64,000 nt of DNA from Oopsacas minuta (taxonomy: Eukaryota > Animalia > Porifera), in the NCBI GenBank assembly GCA_024704765.1, contig JAKMXF010000343.1, positions 496,001-560,000 on the forward strand, given 5' to 3'. This document shows, piece after piece, positions 49,601-61,700 of the stretch; position 1 is the stretch's first letter, and the number at the start of each line of letters is the position of its first letter. Both the position numbers and the translations under genes were made by a program. Below the pieces are notes generated by a model. The model did no database searches and was not told the origin of the DNA. It was given only the letters and a program-made list of their open reading frames with translations.

Positions 49601-52600
49601 ATCTGTAAGCTAGCTCCATCTTGATTCTTTTTAGGCTAAAATATAACACAAAAATGTAAAATTATTCAATATAATAATGTTGTAATAGAAAATGTATAAA
49701 AGTTACAGTGTTCTTAATGTTCCTAGCTCTGTTAGCGTATTCAAGAGTGTTCTTAGTCTCATTAATCTCTCCAGCAGAGGGACTGATACAAGCTATCATC
49801 AATGTTTTACTGCAAATGTAAAAGAGAGAATGTGAAATAATAGAGTTGACACAAGAAATTCATGTTTGTTTGAAATTGTTAAAATAAAATAAGTGAATAG
49901 AAAAGACAATGAAGAGTGAGGTTAGTATACTCATATAGTTCCCTGATCATAAAATACTAATCCATGGCAAACCCTACCTCCAACAACTCAAGGAGTGCCT
50001 CAAGATGACACAATTTAACACTTGTCTGGAACGAAATGTCGGTACCTAACAGTTAATTGGAGGTATGCTTCAACCTTACACGAATCAATGAATTAAATGT
50101 CTGCCTCTGGATGGACAAATCCCATGGACAGAGAAACATTCCATTAATTCGATTTATGAAATTAGTTTGCCAACCAATACCCAGATAAATATTACTGAGT
50201 ATGATTTATATTTAAGCAATGTCAAACTACGTATTATATAAGGATTATATACATTAATCACAAACTAACCTGTTTCCACCAAGTGAATCCTTAAGTAAAA
50301 ATGTCAGTTTAGTGTCTCTGTAGTTGACATGTAATTTCTTTTTTGCACTACCTAGTGCTGATATTACATTGCCAAGAGAGAGCTAGAATAATTGAATAAA
50401 TATCAGACAAAGCACATAAATATATATGAATAATCCATATTTACCAGTCCTTTGTTAATAGAAATTCCTTCTTGCTTCCTCCCTCCCTCAGCTCCTGTCT
50501 TCCCGAGACGTTCTGAACCTGCTAAGTCAACCAAACAGAACTTAGCAGCCAGTTCGTTTATGTCTGGCTTTGATTCATCATTAGCTTTCTGTACACGAAA
50601 TATAATATTCTCATATATGATGTTGAGACCGACAGACAGACAAACAGACAGACACAGTCAAGGCTGTAACAACTCACTTTTTTGAATGAGTTGAATGAAA
50701 TGGAAGAGCAGTGAATGAGTAGATAAAAGCAACTCACTCTCTTAAAATGAGTTAAGACAACCAACTCATTTCTCAAAAATTAGTTGGTAGTAACCAAATT
50801 GAATGAGTTGGTAAAAAAAGAATTGATATTGACAACTTAAAATGTGTTGATACAACCCTGCGCCGCCGCCCGTCTACTGTTCTTAACGAGTCGTTCAATC
50901 GTACGAAACATAAAATTCATGAATATCAGATTCCTTCCCATTGTCACGAACGTTTAACGCCCCATAATGGAAACTCTCTAACAATCGAATTTCGCGAGAT
51001 TTCGCGGCTAAGCTATTAAACCTTGTCAATTATATTAGTGCCTAAGTAAGGGCCGTTAACCCTTTAGCATATAAAAACAACAAACAAATAAACAAGAGAT
51101 AATTAAGTAATAACAATATGCGTATTGTATTAACCTCAAATTCTGGTAACTTTTGTGTAATGTTAATAATGAATATAGCATGAGATCTGCTTGATTCCGC
51201 ATTCATTAGAGTACCTCCCACCTGTCTGTTTATAGCTCCTTTCTGTAGCAGGTCTATAATCTAACAGACATACTCCAATCAGTAAATATACAAAATTGTA
51301 TGGAAATACAGTGAAACCGCGTTAATACGAATTTCCGGTTAAGATGAATACAATTTTACACAATTTTAGTCCGTACAATGGCTATTTAATTGTTTTTACT
51401 CCGGTTAATACGTACTCCGGATAAGCAGTACAAATCTTGACGGTCCCTTGGTGTACGTATTGACGAGGTTCAACTGTAAGTCTAATTGATCAAACGAACC
51501 ATTTCTGGACTGTTAGCTGCCTTTACTGAAGATCCTACTTTTATACCATCTATTGGATGTTGTATTATTTTAGGAGGTATGGGATTCTAAAGGATAGATT
51601 GATCAGTTGAATAATGGCGAATAATTGTGAAATAGTGACAGAAGGAATCGGAAAGTTGTATACACGTACAGTCGATATCGTTTTTGATCTATGGCTGCTC
51701 TACGTGGTCGCTAGTGCCATGGGTTGTAAAAGGGAGGTTGTATTTTATACTTAAACTATTTTCCTGCAGATCGTTTGAATTGACATTTATTCATGCAGAT
51801 GGGGTGTCAAAAACGATGTGGACTGAGGAGAATATATAGTACGAAATAGAAACTTTTAAAATATCACTAGGTCTCATATTTCAGGTTCTTGTTATTTATA
51901 AACTGAATGTCAGTACTTAACCTGATTTTCCATTTACATCAATTCTCTCAATTTGAAGAAATTGAAAATAGGTTATATTCCAAATTCAATTAATTCATGA
52001 ATTTAAAATAAAGTCAACTTCCGTTAATTCGAACAATCACTAACGTAGTCTGGGGCTACTTTGGCCCACTGGGTTTGCTTTAGCCCAAATATCAAAGCCT
52101 CAAAGAAACTAGATTAGATTCAGTATTATACTTGAATATGACTTGCCAAAGTTTTAACGAATTTTCAAATATTGGTAGACAATTTCGAATACAAATACAA
52201 TATCTATTCGATACGTAAGGAAATTTCAATATTTGGGCTAAAGCAAACCCAGTGGGCCAAAGTAGCCCCAGTTTACGGTACGTAATTATACGCGGTCTAC
52301 TCTACTTCTATTCTTACCTTGTGGTCATAGAGGTCTACTATAACATCCTGGTATAACTAGAGATGAAATAATTAATATTAAACGATATCTCCGTTATAAT
52401 GATAATCGCATTAACAGTAAGATACTCGTACCTCTAAGAATTGAGTATCCACCAAGATCTTAGGCTGATATTTCATGCCATAATATTTCTGTTCTACGGC
52501 ATCAATCAACTGGAATATTTGTCTAGCTGCACGAGGCACTACGCCCCAATTCTCTTCTGCTGTATCAGCCATCTTACCAGAGGTACCCATAGAGTAGGTC

Positions 52601-54994
52601 TTACCAGATCCTGTCTATACAATATATGTACATATGTACAGAGCATAAACGAAGAAACAGAGATGATATATATGTGTAGTCGTAGTACAGAGTCTGGGGA
52701 TACACTCGAGATAGTTATAAGCAATGGAAATCACTATGTAAATATATTACAGTTGACATCATTTAACTCGAACGAATTTCATTTTCTATCCACGTAAATA
52801 TGCTTACGCTATATCCGTTATCTCGAATAGATTTCATCTGAGGGTTCGAGAGCTGCATTATAAAACAATATTACAACCAAGCAGACCGGAATCAGGAAGT
52901 GAATCTAACTAATTAAAATGGTAAGTTAGTTCTCTAGCCATGAAGATTATTAACAGCGAGTGTAGTACATGTACATTGATAATGAATTAAACATTGGAGG
53001 GAATCGAGATAGGCTCTTTGTGTAGCGGTTATAAGAAGGCAAAAAATAGGGAAGTAATGCAGATTAATTTGTTATTGGATTAATCTACAAATTATAATAT
53101 CAATATTAGAGGCGGTATTGTATAGACAGGATATATATAATACAGTTATATTACAACACTCACTTGTCCATATGCCAATACAGTAGCATTGAATCCATCG
53201 AATAACCTGAAGATGGAAGGATAAGAGGAAATACATTACGACTACAGTACATATACTCTCAATACGTAGGTTAGTTGGGACAGTATTCACTAACTAAACC
53301 TAAGAATTGCTTAACTTTGAAATCATCAATGTAGAATTTGGTAGCTAGTAACTTATGGATAATTCTAATTAGCAATATTTACGATCGCACAAGAAAACAA
53401 ATAATTTTGTATACATTTGTATCAAATACAAGAAATATAAATTCAATTGTGGATTGTGATACATTTTTACTCTGTACGATCCACCACAACTCCCCGAATA
53501 AGCGATGAGGTTTCGCTTATACTAAAAGATATTCGCGGTTTTTCACAGTTTATTCAAGAGAATCTTTAGAAATTGATGACAAAATCTCTAGCAAAAATTT
53601 GTGAACATTTAACACACATAATTATACCAGCGTAATAGCAATTGAAAAAGTACTGAGATAAAATGAAAAGATCTAAGTACACATATCAACTATAGAGTAA
53701 TCAATAAATGATTGTGTTGACATGTTAACTCACCCTGTTACAAGTCCACTGACTGAATTCTTGTAGAATTCAAGAGATGAATCTGTGTGGTCCACAACCC
53801 AATCGTATGTGAATAGCTTCCCATCTTTCCCAAGTTTTAAGGTTTTAAGGTCTCCAGCTAGATATTACATAAGAGTCAAATCATAGCTAGTGATATTTGA
53901 TAGGATAAATAGCTCTATAAGTGGGGGCAATTTTGGTCCACCTTTATTCATTTTCATAGAAATGAACCTCTATAAGCGGGGAGTGGGGAATAGGGCATGC
54001 TTTAGAGATACTTATGCCTCACACAATTGAAATATACCTGTATAATTGGGGAATTCTATGATGAATTAAATTTTGGTTTCTCAGAAGAAAATTTCTTACA
54101 AATGTTAATATTCAACCATCAACCTTAGGACAATTATAATAATCAAATATCATTGAAAAAAACAGTCATTGGAGGAAGTGGTTATACATATTGACTCAAA
54201 ACTCTCTTGTTAAAGGACATTTGAAGGTATAAATGGGAGTGGGGGGCTATCAAGAGATTTGCCGGCCAGACCTCCCCTACTTATAGAGGGTCTATTGTAT
54301 CTATGTAGCGATCCCTTGATTTTCATAATTTCCCTTGATTAAATGTTATTGCCTAAAAATAGCCATAAATATAACAAAGTATTCCTTGGAGTTGGATATG
54401 AAGTAGAATAGGATTATGCAGAGATCTCGGGATGGTATGAACTAAATTCAAGTTTGTAGCTCATTCAGTTCATCAATCACAATTGAATATTTACAAATTC
54501 GATGCATTTGATAAAACATTTGTAAACTAGTATTATGCTCAGAGATGAGTGAAGATTTATCTTAATCTAATTAGGAGCATGTTGCATACATTTGCCATGT
54601 TAATTGCAGCTCTTACCAGTTCTTCAATCAACACATTATTCACGCACTATTAGTCAAATATATCTTACCATCGGTGATTATTGTACATTCTTTCTCATGA
54701 CTCTCTCGTTTATTCAGCGGTCGTATCCTAAAGAAATGAATTAAAATAAATATACAGACAGCAGGTTGTGACAGATGGTACTCTGTATTGGGAAATTCAA
54801 ATTCGATACAACATTCCATAATCCTTTCCTTGACAACGGACAAACAGAGAAACAAACAGACAAAATAGCAGATTTAATACTCTAGGTTGTTAATAAATAT
54901 GTATAATTAAAACTGGACTACCACTGTTAAGATTACACAAGATATTATAATAGAGTACTCACTTGACCGCAACTTTAACTGGGATAGCTGGCAT
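37640..54994 (-). CDS. KIF21-like: Kinesin (kinesin-4-like motor) with coiled-coil stalk; 24 phase-compatible exons traced
   Basis: ATG 54994 ([15 protein letters not shown]). Exons include 53164-206 + 52432-614 ([16 protein letters not shown]-loop), 51135-260 (SSRSH), 50445-588 (DLAGSER), 50270-382 ([25 protein letters not shown]), 49707-809 ([17 protein letters not shown]). Stalk exons continue through 43256-45837, 42202-338, 41860-42141, 40238-807, 38920-39242, 38043-193 and 37640-935. The symbol is inferred from the downstream WD40 exons. Confidence 0.88.
39533..39802. repeat. Long imperfect palindrome (foldback/MITE) in a kinesin intron
   Basis: Arms of about 110-120 bp match as reverse complements (TTCCA.TTTCGATCCCTTCTG, GCTAATTCG.GATACAC, AAATCTCATCGA). 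One arm-like copy lies at about 46330-46425. Confidence 0.75.
41350..41768. mobile_element. pogo/Tigger-like MITE, 419 bp, TA TSD
   Basis: TA|CAGTCAAACTTGTCTATAACGG ... CCGTTAAGCAGGTTTGACTG|TA. Confidence 0.7.
43856..45266 (-). repeat. Coding tandem repeat, 165-bp (55-aa) unit, about 9 copies, inside the 2,582-bp kinesin exon
   Basis: Unit [55 protein letters not shown]. Unit starts at 45266 and 43946 are exactly 8 x 165 bp apart. Confidence 0.95.
51309..51476. mobile_element. pogo-like MITE, 168 bp, TA TSD
   Basis: TA|CAGTGAAACCGCGTTAATACG ... CGTATTGACGAGGTTCAACTG|TA. Confidence 0.7.
52043..52278. mobile_element. MITE with a perfect 43-bp inverted repeat, TA TSD
   Basis: 52050-52092 and 52229-52271 are exact reverse complements. 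TA at 52041-42 and 52279-80. Confidence 0.85.
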
Positions 54995-55453
54995 ACAGTG
55001 ATGTAACCCAGAAGTTGTCAATAGCTAATAAAAACGATTAATATAGTAAGACTACAGGAAATTGATTGGACAAATAAAGTTGGGAATTAGGAAACACTGA
55101 ATTTAAGTCTACCTTCCAAAATAATTAGAATAAGAATACGAAAAGATATTGCTCCATATCTGTCACATAGCTAAATACAAATCTATGTTAATAATAAAGT
55201 GTAACATGCTGACCATGCTGAAATAGGACTCTACATCTCGGGCATATCAGCTATCTAAATATCATGAAGCTTTGACGGTAAAGCTTAATGATATTGAGCC
55301 ATGCTTTGATTATGAACCAAGTAAAGAACTTTGTTGTATTGTGACTATACGAGGGTATGAGGGAGAAATTTAATAGGTAAAACTATATAAAGAGGAGTAT
55401 CATAATCGTAGATATCCAAACAGAATAAATAATAGTATTTTATAGTCCTATTA

Positions 55454-57682
55454 TACAGGCCTACACTTTTTAGTTGTATTGATTTTGTCAACTGATATAT
55501 ACTAATTCTGTGTTGTTGATTCCGATTATTTAGTCAGTTTCTCCCTAATACGTCAAGTTATCTCACAATCCTATTATTACATTTATAGAACAAAATTGGT
55601 TTCAACCCTTATATGTTAGATTGGATCAATTAAATTTCTGAAAATATCAATATTTCATTCACTAAGAATAATGATACAATTGTTACTAATATGAATGGAA
55701 GAAAGTGATACTATAAATATGTAATGTGAGCACTATTCAATCTAAAAATTTTCTCTTGTTTGACTTTCTTGAATGTTGTTTGTTAGGACAATCTCTTTTT
55801 AGGCACCAACAGTAATCTGCCATCATATGTGTGTCCTATCTTCCTTGATATCGCTGTTCCATCACTTTTATGTCTTGATGGAATCGTTCACCTTGTTCTT
55901 CACTCATATCACCTAGATTATCCGGAAATCTATCAAGATGGTCTCTCAAATAATGAATTTTAATACTCATGTTACAGCCAAGAGTATGATAGCTGTCGAC
56001 TAACTCTGTGACTAGTTCTTTGTAGTTGGATGCCTTTTTATTACCAAGGAAATTAGAAACGACATTAGAGAAAGCCTGCCACGCTCTCTTCTCTTCTCCG
56101 TTCATTGAATCTTTGAAGCTGTTGTCCCTAAGTAACTTGCGAATCTGTGGACCTTCAAATATCCCTGCCTTTTTCTTCTCTTCACTGATTTCTGGAAAAT
56201 AATTTCGGATATACTTGAAACAATATCTGTCTTTATCCAGTGTTTTGATGAATTGCTTCATTAAACCAAGCTTAATGTGGAGAGGAGGTAGAATTATTTT
56301 ATTTGTATGTACCAGAGGGTTATTAATTACATTTTTGTTCCCAACTTTCAAACATTCTCTCGGAGGCCACTTTTCCCTTATCCAATGCTGGTTCCTATCT
56401 CTACTGTCCCAATAACAAAGAAAACAGGGGTACTTAGTGAACCTAGATTGTTGTTCTAATAGAAAGTTGACCATTTTGAGATCAACACAGATGACCCAAT
56501 CATGTGCAGAGTAGTTAATAATCTCTAATATCTCTTTCACATTATTGTACTCTTTGAGTTTAACTGAATATCATAGGAATTGAACCGAATATATTTCCAT
56601 TATGGAGTAGTACACATTTCAGACTCCTTTTGGAGCTGTCAATAAACAGCCTCCAGTCACTTGGATTGTAGTTCGGAACTCCCATTGCCAGTAGAAGACC
56701 CTCAACATTTGGACAAAACACCAAACCATTCTTTTCGCAGAAATACTGTTGAAACTCTTGCTCCCTGTAACGATATAATGCTACCTTTGTTCCTTGATGG
56801 AGTAGATTCTTTTCTTTCAATCTAGATGCAAGCAACTCAAAAGATTCTTTCGAGAGGTCAAGGTCACGAATTAAATCATTCAATTCCTCTTGGTTAAAGA
56901 GAGAAGGCTCCGAGGAAGGACCTTGAAAATCAACATCATAGTCACAGTCATGATCATTGACTTCTTCCGAATTGGCACCATCTTCATCATCATAGAGTCC
57001 GAGAAACTCTGTGAATATTGGTACAGGTAGATCACTACAATGAGGGACTGGTCGAATAGCAGATTCTAAATTTGGGTAATTCAGCAGGTGTCTGTCACTC
57101 TTTTTGCAGGCCATAACATTTACCATGCAGAAATAACAATCATCAAAATAATTTTTTTATTCTCTCCAAATCATAGGAATTCCGAAAGGGAGGTGTTTCT
57201 CTTTACCCTTACTCCAAGACCTCAATAATTCTACACAAGATTTACAGACCTTATGAGGTGCCCAACTTTTGTCCTGGTCGCCCAGCTTAACTTTGAAATA
57301 CGCATGGTAAGCTCTATTCACAAATTCAGTAATATTCTGCATCTGAGGTCTCAGAGTATAGAAACCACAAATATAACAAAAAATGTCTGGAGAATTGAAA
57401 CACTTTCTTTTCGACATATCAACAAAAAAGAATAACAAACTAGTTAAAAACCAATAAGCAAATAAGACTATTTGAATATATATACTATGTACATAATGTT
57501 ATTGTTATAATATGTAATCATGTGATGAATTTTTGGCAAAAATCGAAATTATTCTGAAAATGTAGCTATATGGTTGAGAAGAAAAAACTGAATAGATATT
57601 CAGAATCAGCGCACCTAAATTAGTCTAAATCAGTGATCAAAATATAAACAACAGCAATATAACATTTGTTTGTAGGCATGTG
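55454..57682 (-). mobile_element. Chapaev3-like (CMC superfamily) DNA transposon, 2,229 bp
   Basis: Imperfect TIRs TACAGGCCTACA and (reverse complement) CACATGCCTACA, flanked by 3-bp TTA at 55451-53 and 57683-85. Confidence 0.8.
55737..57417 (-). pseudogene. Chapaev3-like transposase, decayed
   Basis: CFNSPDIFCYICG, LGDQDKSWAPHKVCKSC, WRLFIDSSKRSLK, ICVDLKMV, CFLCYWDSR, PPLHIKLG, SEEQGERFHQD and MADYCW. Stops at 57157 and 55836, frameshift near 56560. Confidence 0.88.
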
Positions 57683-58777
57683 TTATAAATGAATAAAATA
57701 ATATAATAGCACATATTTTGAGACTCCCGCTTTTTTGGTTAACCTCCCGCCAAAATGGTAAAGGCCTGCCGCTTTATGGTTTAGAGAGGTTGGCATCTCG
57801 GCTTAGAGAGTGACTCCTCTCAGGATGCTTAGTAATACAAAACACAAATAAACAAATTTACCAAATTTCAAAATATACATACAGACTTGCTCTAAACGAC
57901 AACACAGGGAGTTGATCTTACAAAATAATTCAATAACATATATGCCATATACTTATGTCTAAATATATCTATATTATAATACTCAAATAGTACAATTTGA
58001 CGATCATTCTATGTCAGGTGTGATTATCCTGCTTGGAGGATTGGGCCTGAACCGGATACAAGTGGCCAGGGGCCATTGTTCCAGGATCAAGGATTTTTAC
58101 CATGGAGGTGGGAATATTGCTCCCTGTGCCCCCCACGGCGAAGTCCCTGGCTAAGAGGGGCTAACCAGCTAAGCCACCAAAAATTTGTGGAATTTGACCC
58201 CTAAATTCGCGAATACAAATCCCTCAGTTATTATAGACACCTAGATATAGCTATACCGAAATCTTTATTGATTAAATATTCGGTGTATTTCACTTTTCAA
58301 AATATGTTTATTGTATTCAGGATTATGAATATCAAATATATCAAAGGGTGTACTCCGACTTCAGAAATATCAATAAATACATGGGAAATCCACAATACAT
58401 ATTTTGACTAAATTATCGAGCATTTGAATTATCAAATCTATGTTTTACGTGTTTTGACATAAATTACAACTCAGGACAACTCTATTATTAAGGGATATAT
58501 ATTAGATGACAATAGTCCAATCAATTTCAAATTACGTGGAAATGGTGCCTGGACCAGGGAAGTTATTGAATTAATTAAAATGACTACGAAGGAGGAACTA
58601 ATATAATCGAATAACAAGATACATAACTCAAACAAGAAAAATCAAGATAATCTTCACAAATCTAATATCTGCATCTATCTATCTCAGTGAAATCTAATGC
58701 ACACACTATAATCTAAGAATAATATACTTATGTTTAGTTCGTAAAGTATTTTCACATAATAATTACGATAAATATTC

Positions 58778-61700
58778 TCAGGTAGAGTAGTCGTTAGGAG
58801 AAGAAACTTCCAAAGGAGGTTTTTCTAATGAAAGGTCAACTTTTTTCTCAGGCGAATATGCAAGATTTACGTTCACATCTTGGCCATAAGTTTCATTCCC
58901 TCGTGCTGGAAGATCAAAAAGCTGAGGATTAGTCTGAGACTTCACTGATTTTTTCAAAGAGTTCCTCTTCATAAAAAAGCAAACAACTACCGCAATCACT
59001 AAAATCAGCAGCAGTAGAATTATAATAATGACTACCCCCACCACTATGATGTAAATGACTGGATTAGTCGTAGGAATTATTACATTGCTGTTTGTAGATT
59101 GAGTGATGTTATTAGTTGGAGTTGCAATTGGTTCGCGGAAATGATAAGTAGTTGCTGAAACATTTTCTGTTGAGAATGGAATCTGAAATTCTACTCGAAT
59201 TGTGTAATTTACATTTCCTTGTAGATTAGTTATTTCATAATGATGAAATAGTGTTGTACCAACGAGAAATTCGTTATCTGCTAATCCCAAATATATTGAG
59301 AATATTACATCAGTATAACTAGCATTAGATTCTGATAACTCCCAAAATACGAGTACTGAACTTTCCCCAGAAGAGTCTGCTCTTAAATTAATGATACTTT
59401 GTGTAGATTCTAAATAAATAAATATTTTAGTTAATTAAGTAAATAATTGTTAAATAGAATACAGTAACCCTGATTAATCAGAAGTTACGAACAGGGCCGA
59501 ATAGAACATTTCCCAAAATACAACCTTTGGGAAATGTTTTAAAATGTCCCAAAATACTTAATTGTATCCAGGCCTTCAAAATAGGGCTTAGGTAACCTTG
59601 GCTGCCCCATTTTTCATGAAATAATTCCAGTTCTATTGGCCATGAGTCAGCATAGCCGATTACCTGTCCCACTACCCATGGGCTTCCGAAGGCTCTGATT
59701 ATATCCAAATCTACTGCGTACGTGTACTCCTAAATTCTATACTAATAGTAGTGTACAAAACCATTTCACTAATGAAAGCGGATTGCTTTTTGCAATAGAA
59801 CAATATTGTTAGGACTTTCTGACTACTCAGTGGTTGATGTGATGTGTAGTTTAAAGTGTTATTGGCAGTGGTGGAATTACTTTTATCCAATTATTTGTCG
59901 AGGAAATCCATCCGTGCACTTGTAGACGTTTTGACTCGCAGTATATTTGATATGATGCACTGTATTAAATTCTAGAACCTATAGATATCTTACCAACAGC
60001 TGTAATGTATATCTGTATAGCGAGTGTCTCTATTCCTTCCCAATTAGTAACATAGAACCTGTACAGTCCTTCGTCAGATTGCTGGAAAATATCGAAAGTG
60101 ATGAAGCTCTGTGTGTCATTATCACTGTTTGGTCTCTGCCATCTCCCTACCAGGTTTGTACTCAGAACTACATCTCAGACAGTATAGTAAAATCTGCTCT
60201 GTTAACATCAGGAGGCAGAAGAGGAAATGAGGTGATTATTTGGTTGCCCAGTTGAATTAGAGGTTGACCTAATGAGTATAATTATACAATTAGATAATAT
60301 CATACAACTGATGATTCAAATATACATACAGTGCAAACTCGTTAATACGAACATGGTTAATACGAATTTTCTGATAAAACGGACAAACATTACACAAATT
60401 AATGTACCTATAATGGATATTCAAATGGTATTACTCCGGCTAATACAAAGGCGAACAAAATTTGACAGTCCGTTGGTGTTCGTATTTACGAGGTTCCACT
60501 GAATTAGGCTAATGATCTAACTAACTTTGAACGAAGAGTGCAACACTGACCAAAATATTTCCAGATTCGATATCATAACAGTTCAGGGTGATAACGTTCA
60601 TATCTCCGATATAAGACGCCAGAGAGTAAATGTTGAGTGGATTGGCCAAAATTCCTGGTAGACCTTGAATCATCCAGTGAATATCAGTAAGTTGTACTGA
60701 GTTATCAGCTGGTGAATAGAAAAGATAGATATCTTCATTATCTATCCCAATCGTGTAAGTATAATATCTATTCGCTACAGCTTCTATGAGAAAAAATACA
60801 AAACACATATTCATACAAGATTATTCTACTTTGCTATGGAATGTCGGAGTCTACCTGTATAAAAATTTGGGGAGAATAACCCAACTGTATAGTTCTACTC
60901 GTCCCTCTACTCTCTGTAACTTCACATCTGTAGTATACAGGCTGAGTAGTGTTGACTTGTATAGTACTAATTCCTGTATTAGGATCAGTTGTAGAAGTGA
61001 GATCAGTTCTGATACCAGATAGATCTACATAACTCCACATCACTTCTGGTGTGTTCATATTCTCTGTAATACAGTAGAGAGTAGTGTCTGTTGTTAGAAT
61101 TGTATTGTCTGATAATGCAGAGTATGTTGATGCTATTACTTCTCCGAATACGTCCACTAAAGGATAACAAGCAATATATATAATATAAACGTCTCACGTA
61201 CATCAAATATTGGCAATTATTCCTTAAACAAGTCTTACAATTTGGACTACATATTCCAAATTTCTGACTATAGAATTATTCAAATTACAAAAACACTTAC
61301 ATTTAGTACCACAGAAGTAGCAAGGTTGTATGTCTGTACATGGTGTATCATTCCAAGTGTCTAAAATATTCGTAGTATGTACACATTGTTCAGGAGGTCC
61401 ACCATTGGGCTGACCAGTATCAAATCTCCTGAAATTATTGACAGTACCATCTGCCCAAGTAAATCTCCCGTTAATGTCTGTCTCCCTCAATCCTATCCAA
61501 CATTCTATTGAGCCAGTATTTATGCTAAACAACAAGTTATTCTGTTCACTTGATGATATTGTAACTAGGTCATAACCACTTGAAACACATTGTAGTCTAG
61601 AATCTTCCCAGTCGAGTGAGCCTGTAAAATAATTAATACATGTCCCATCACTTGATATAGCATCACATCCACTTGTAGGCACTACAATACAAAGAAAGCA

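Noticed and set aside
49970-50045. Weak echo of the kinesin YRxSKLTxLLxDSL motif
   Set aside because: The true motif is in exon 50270-50382, which already splices in phase to 49707-49809. The resemblance is probably chance.
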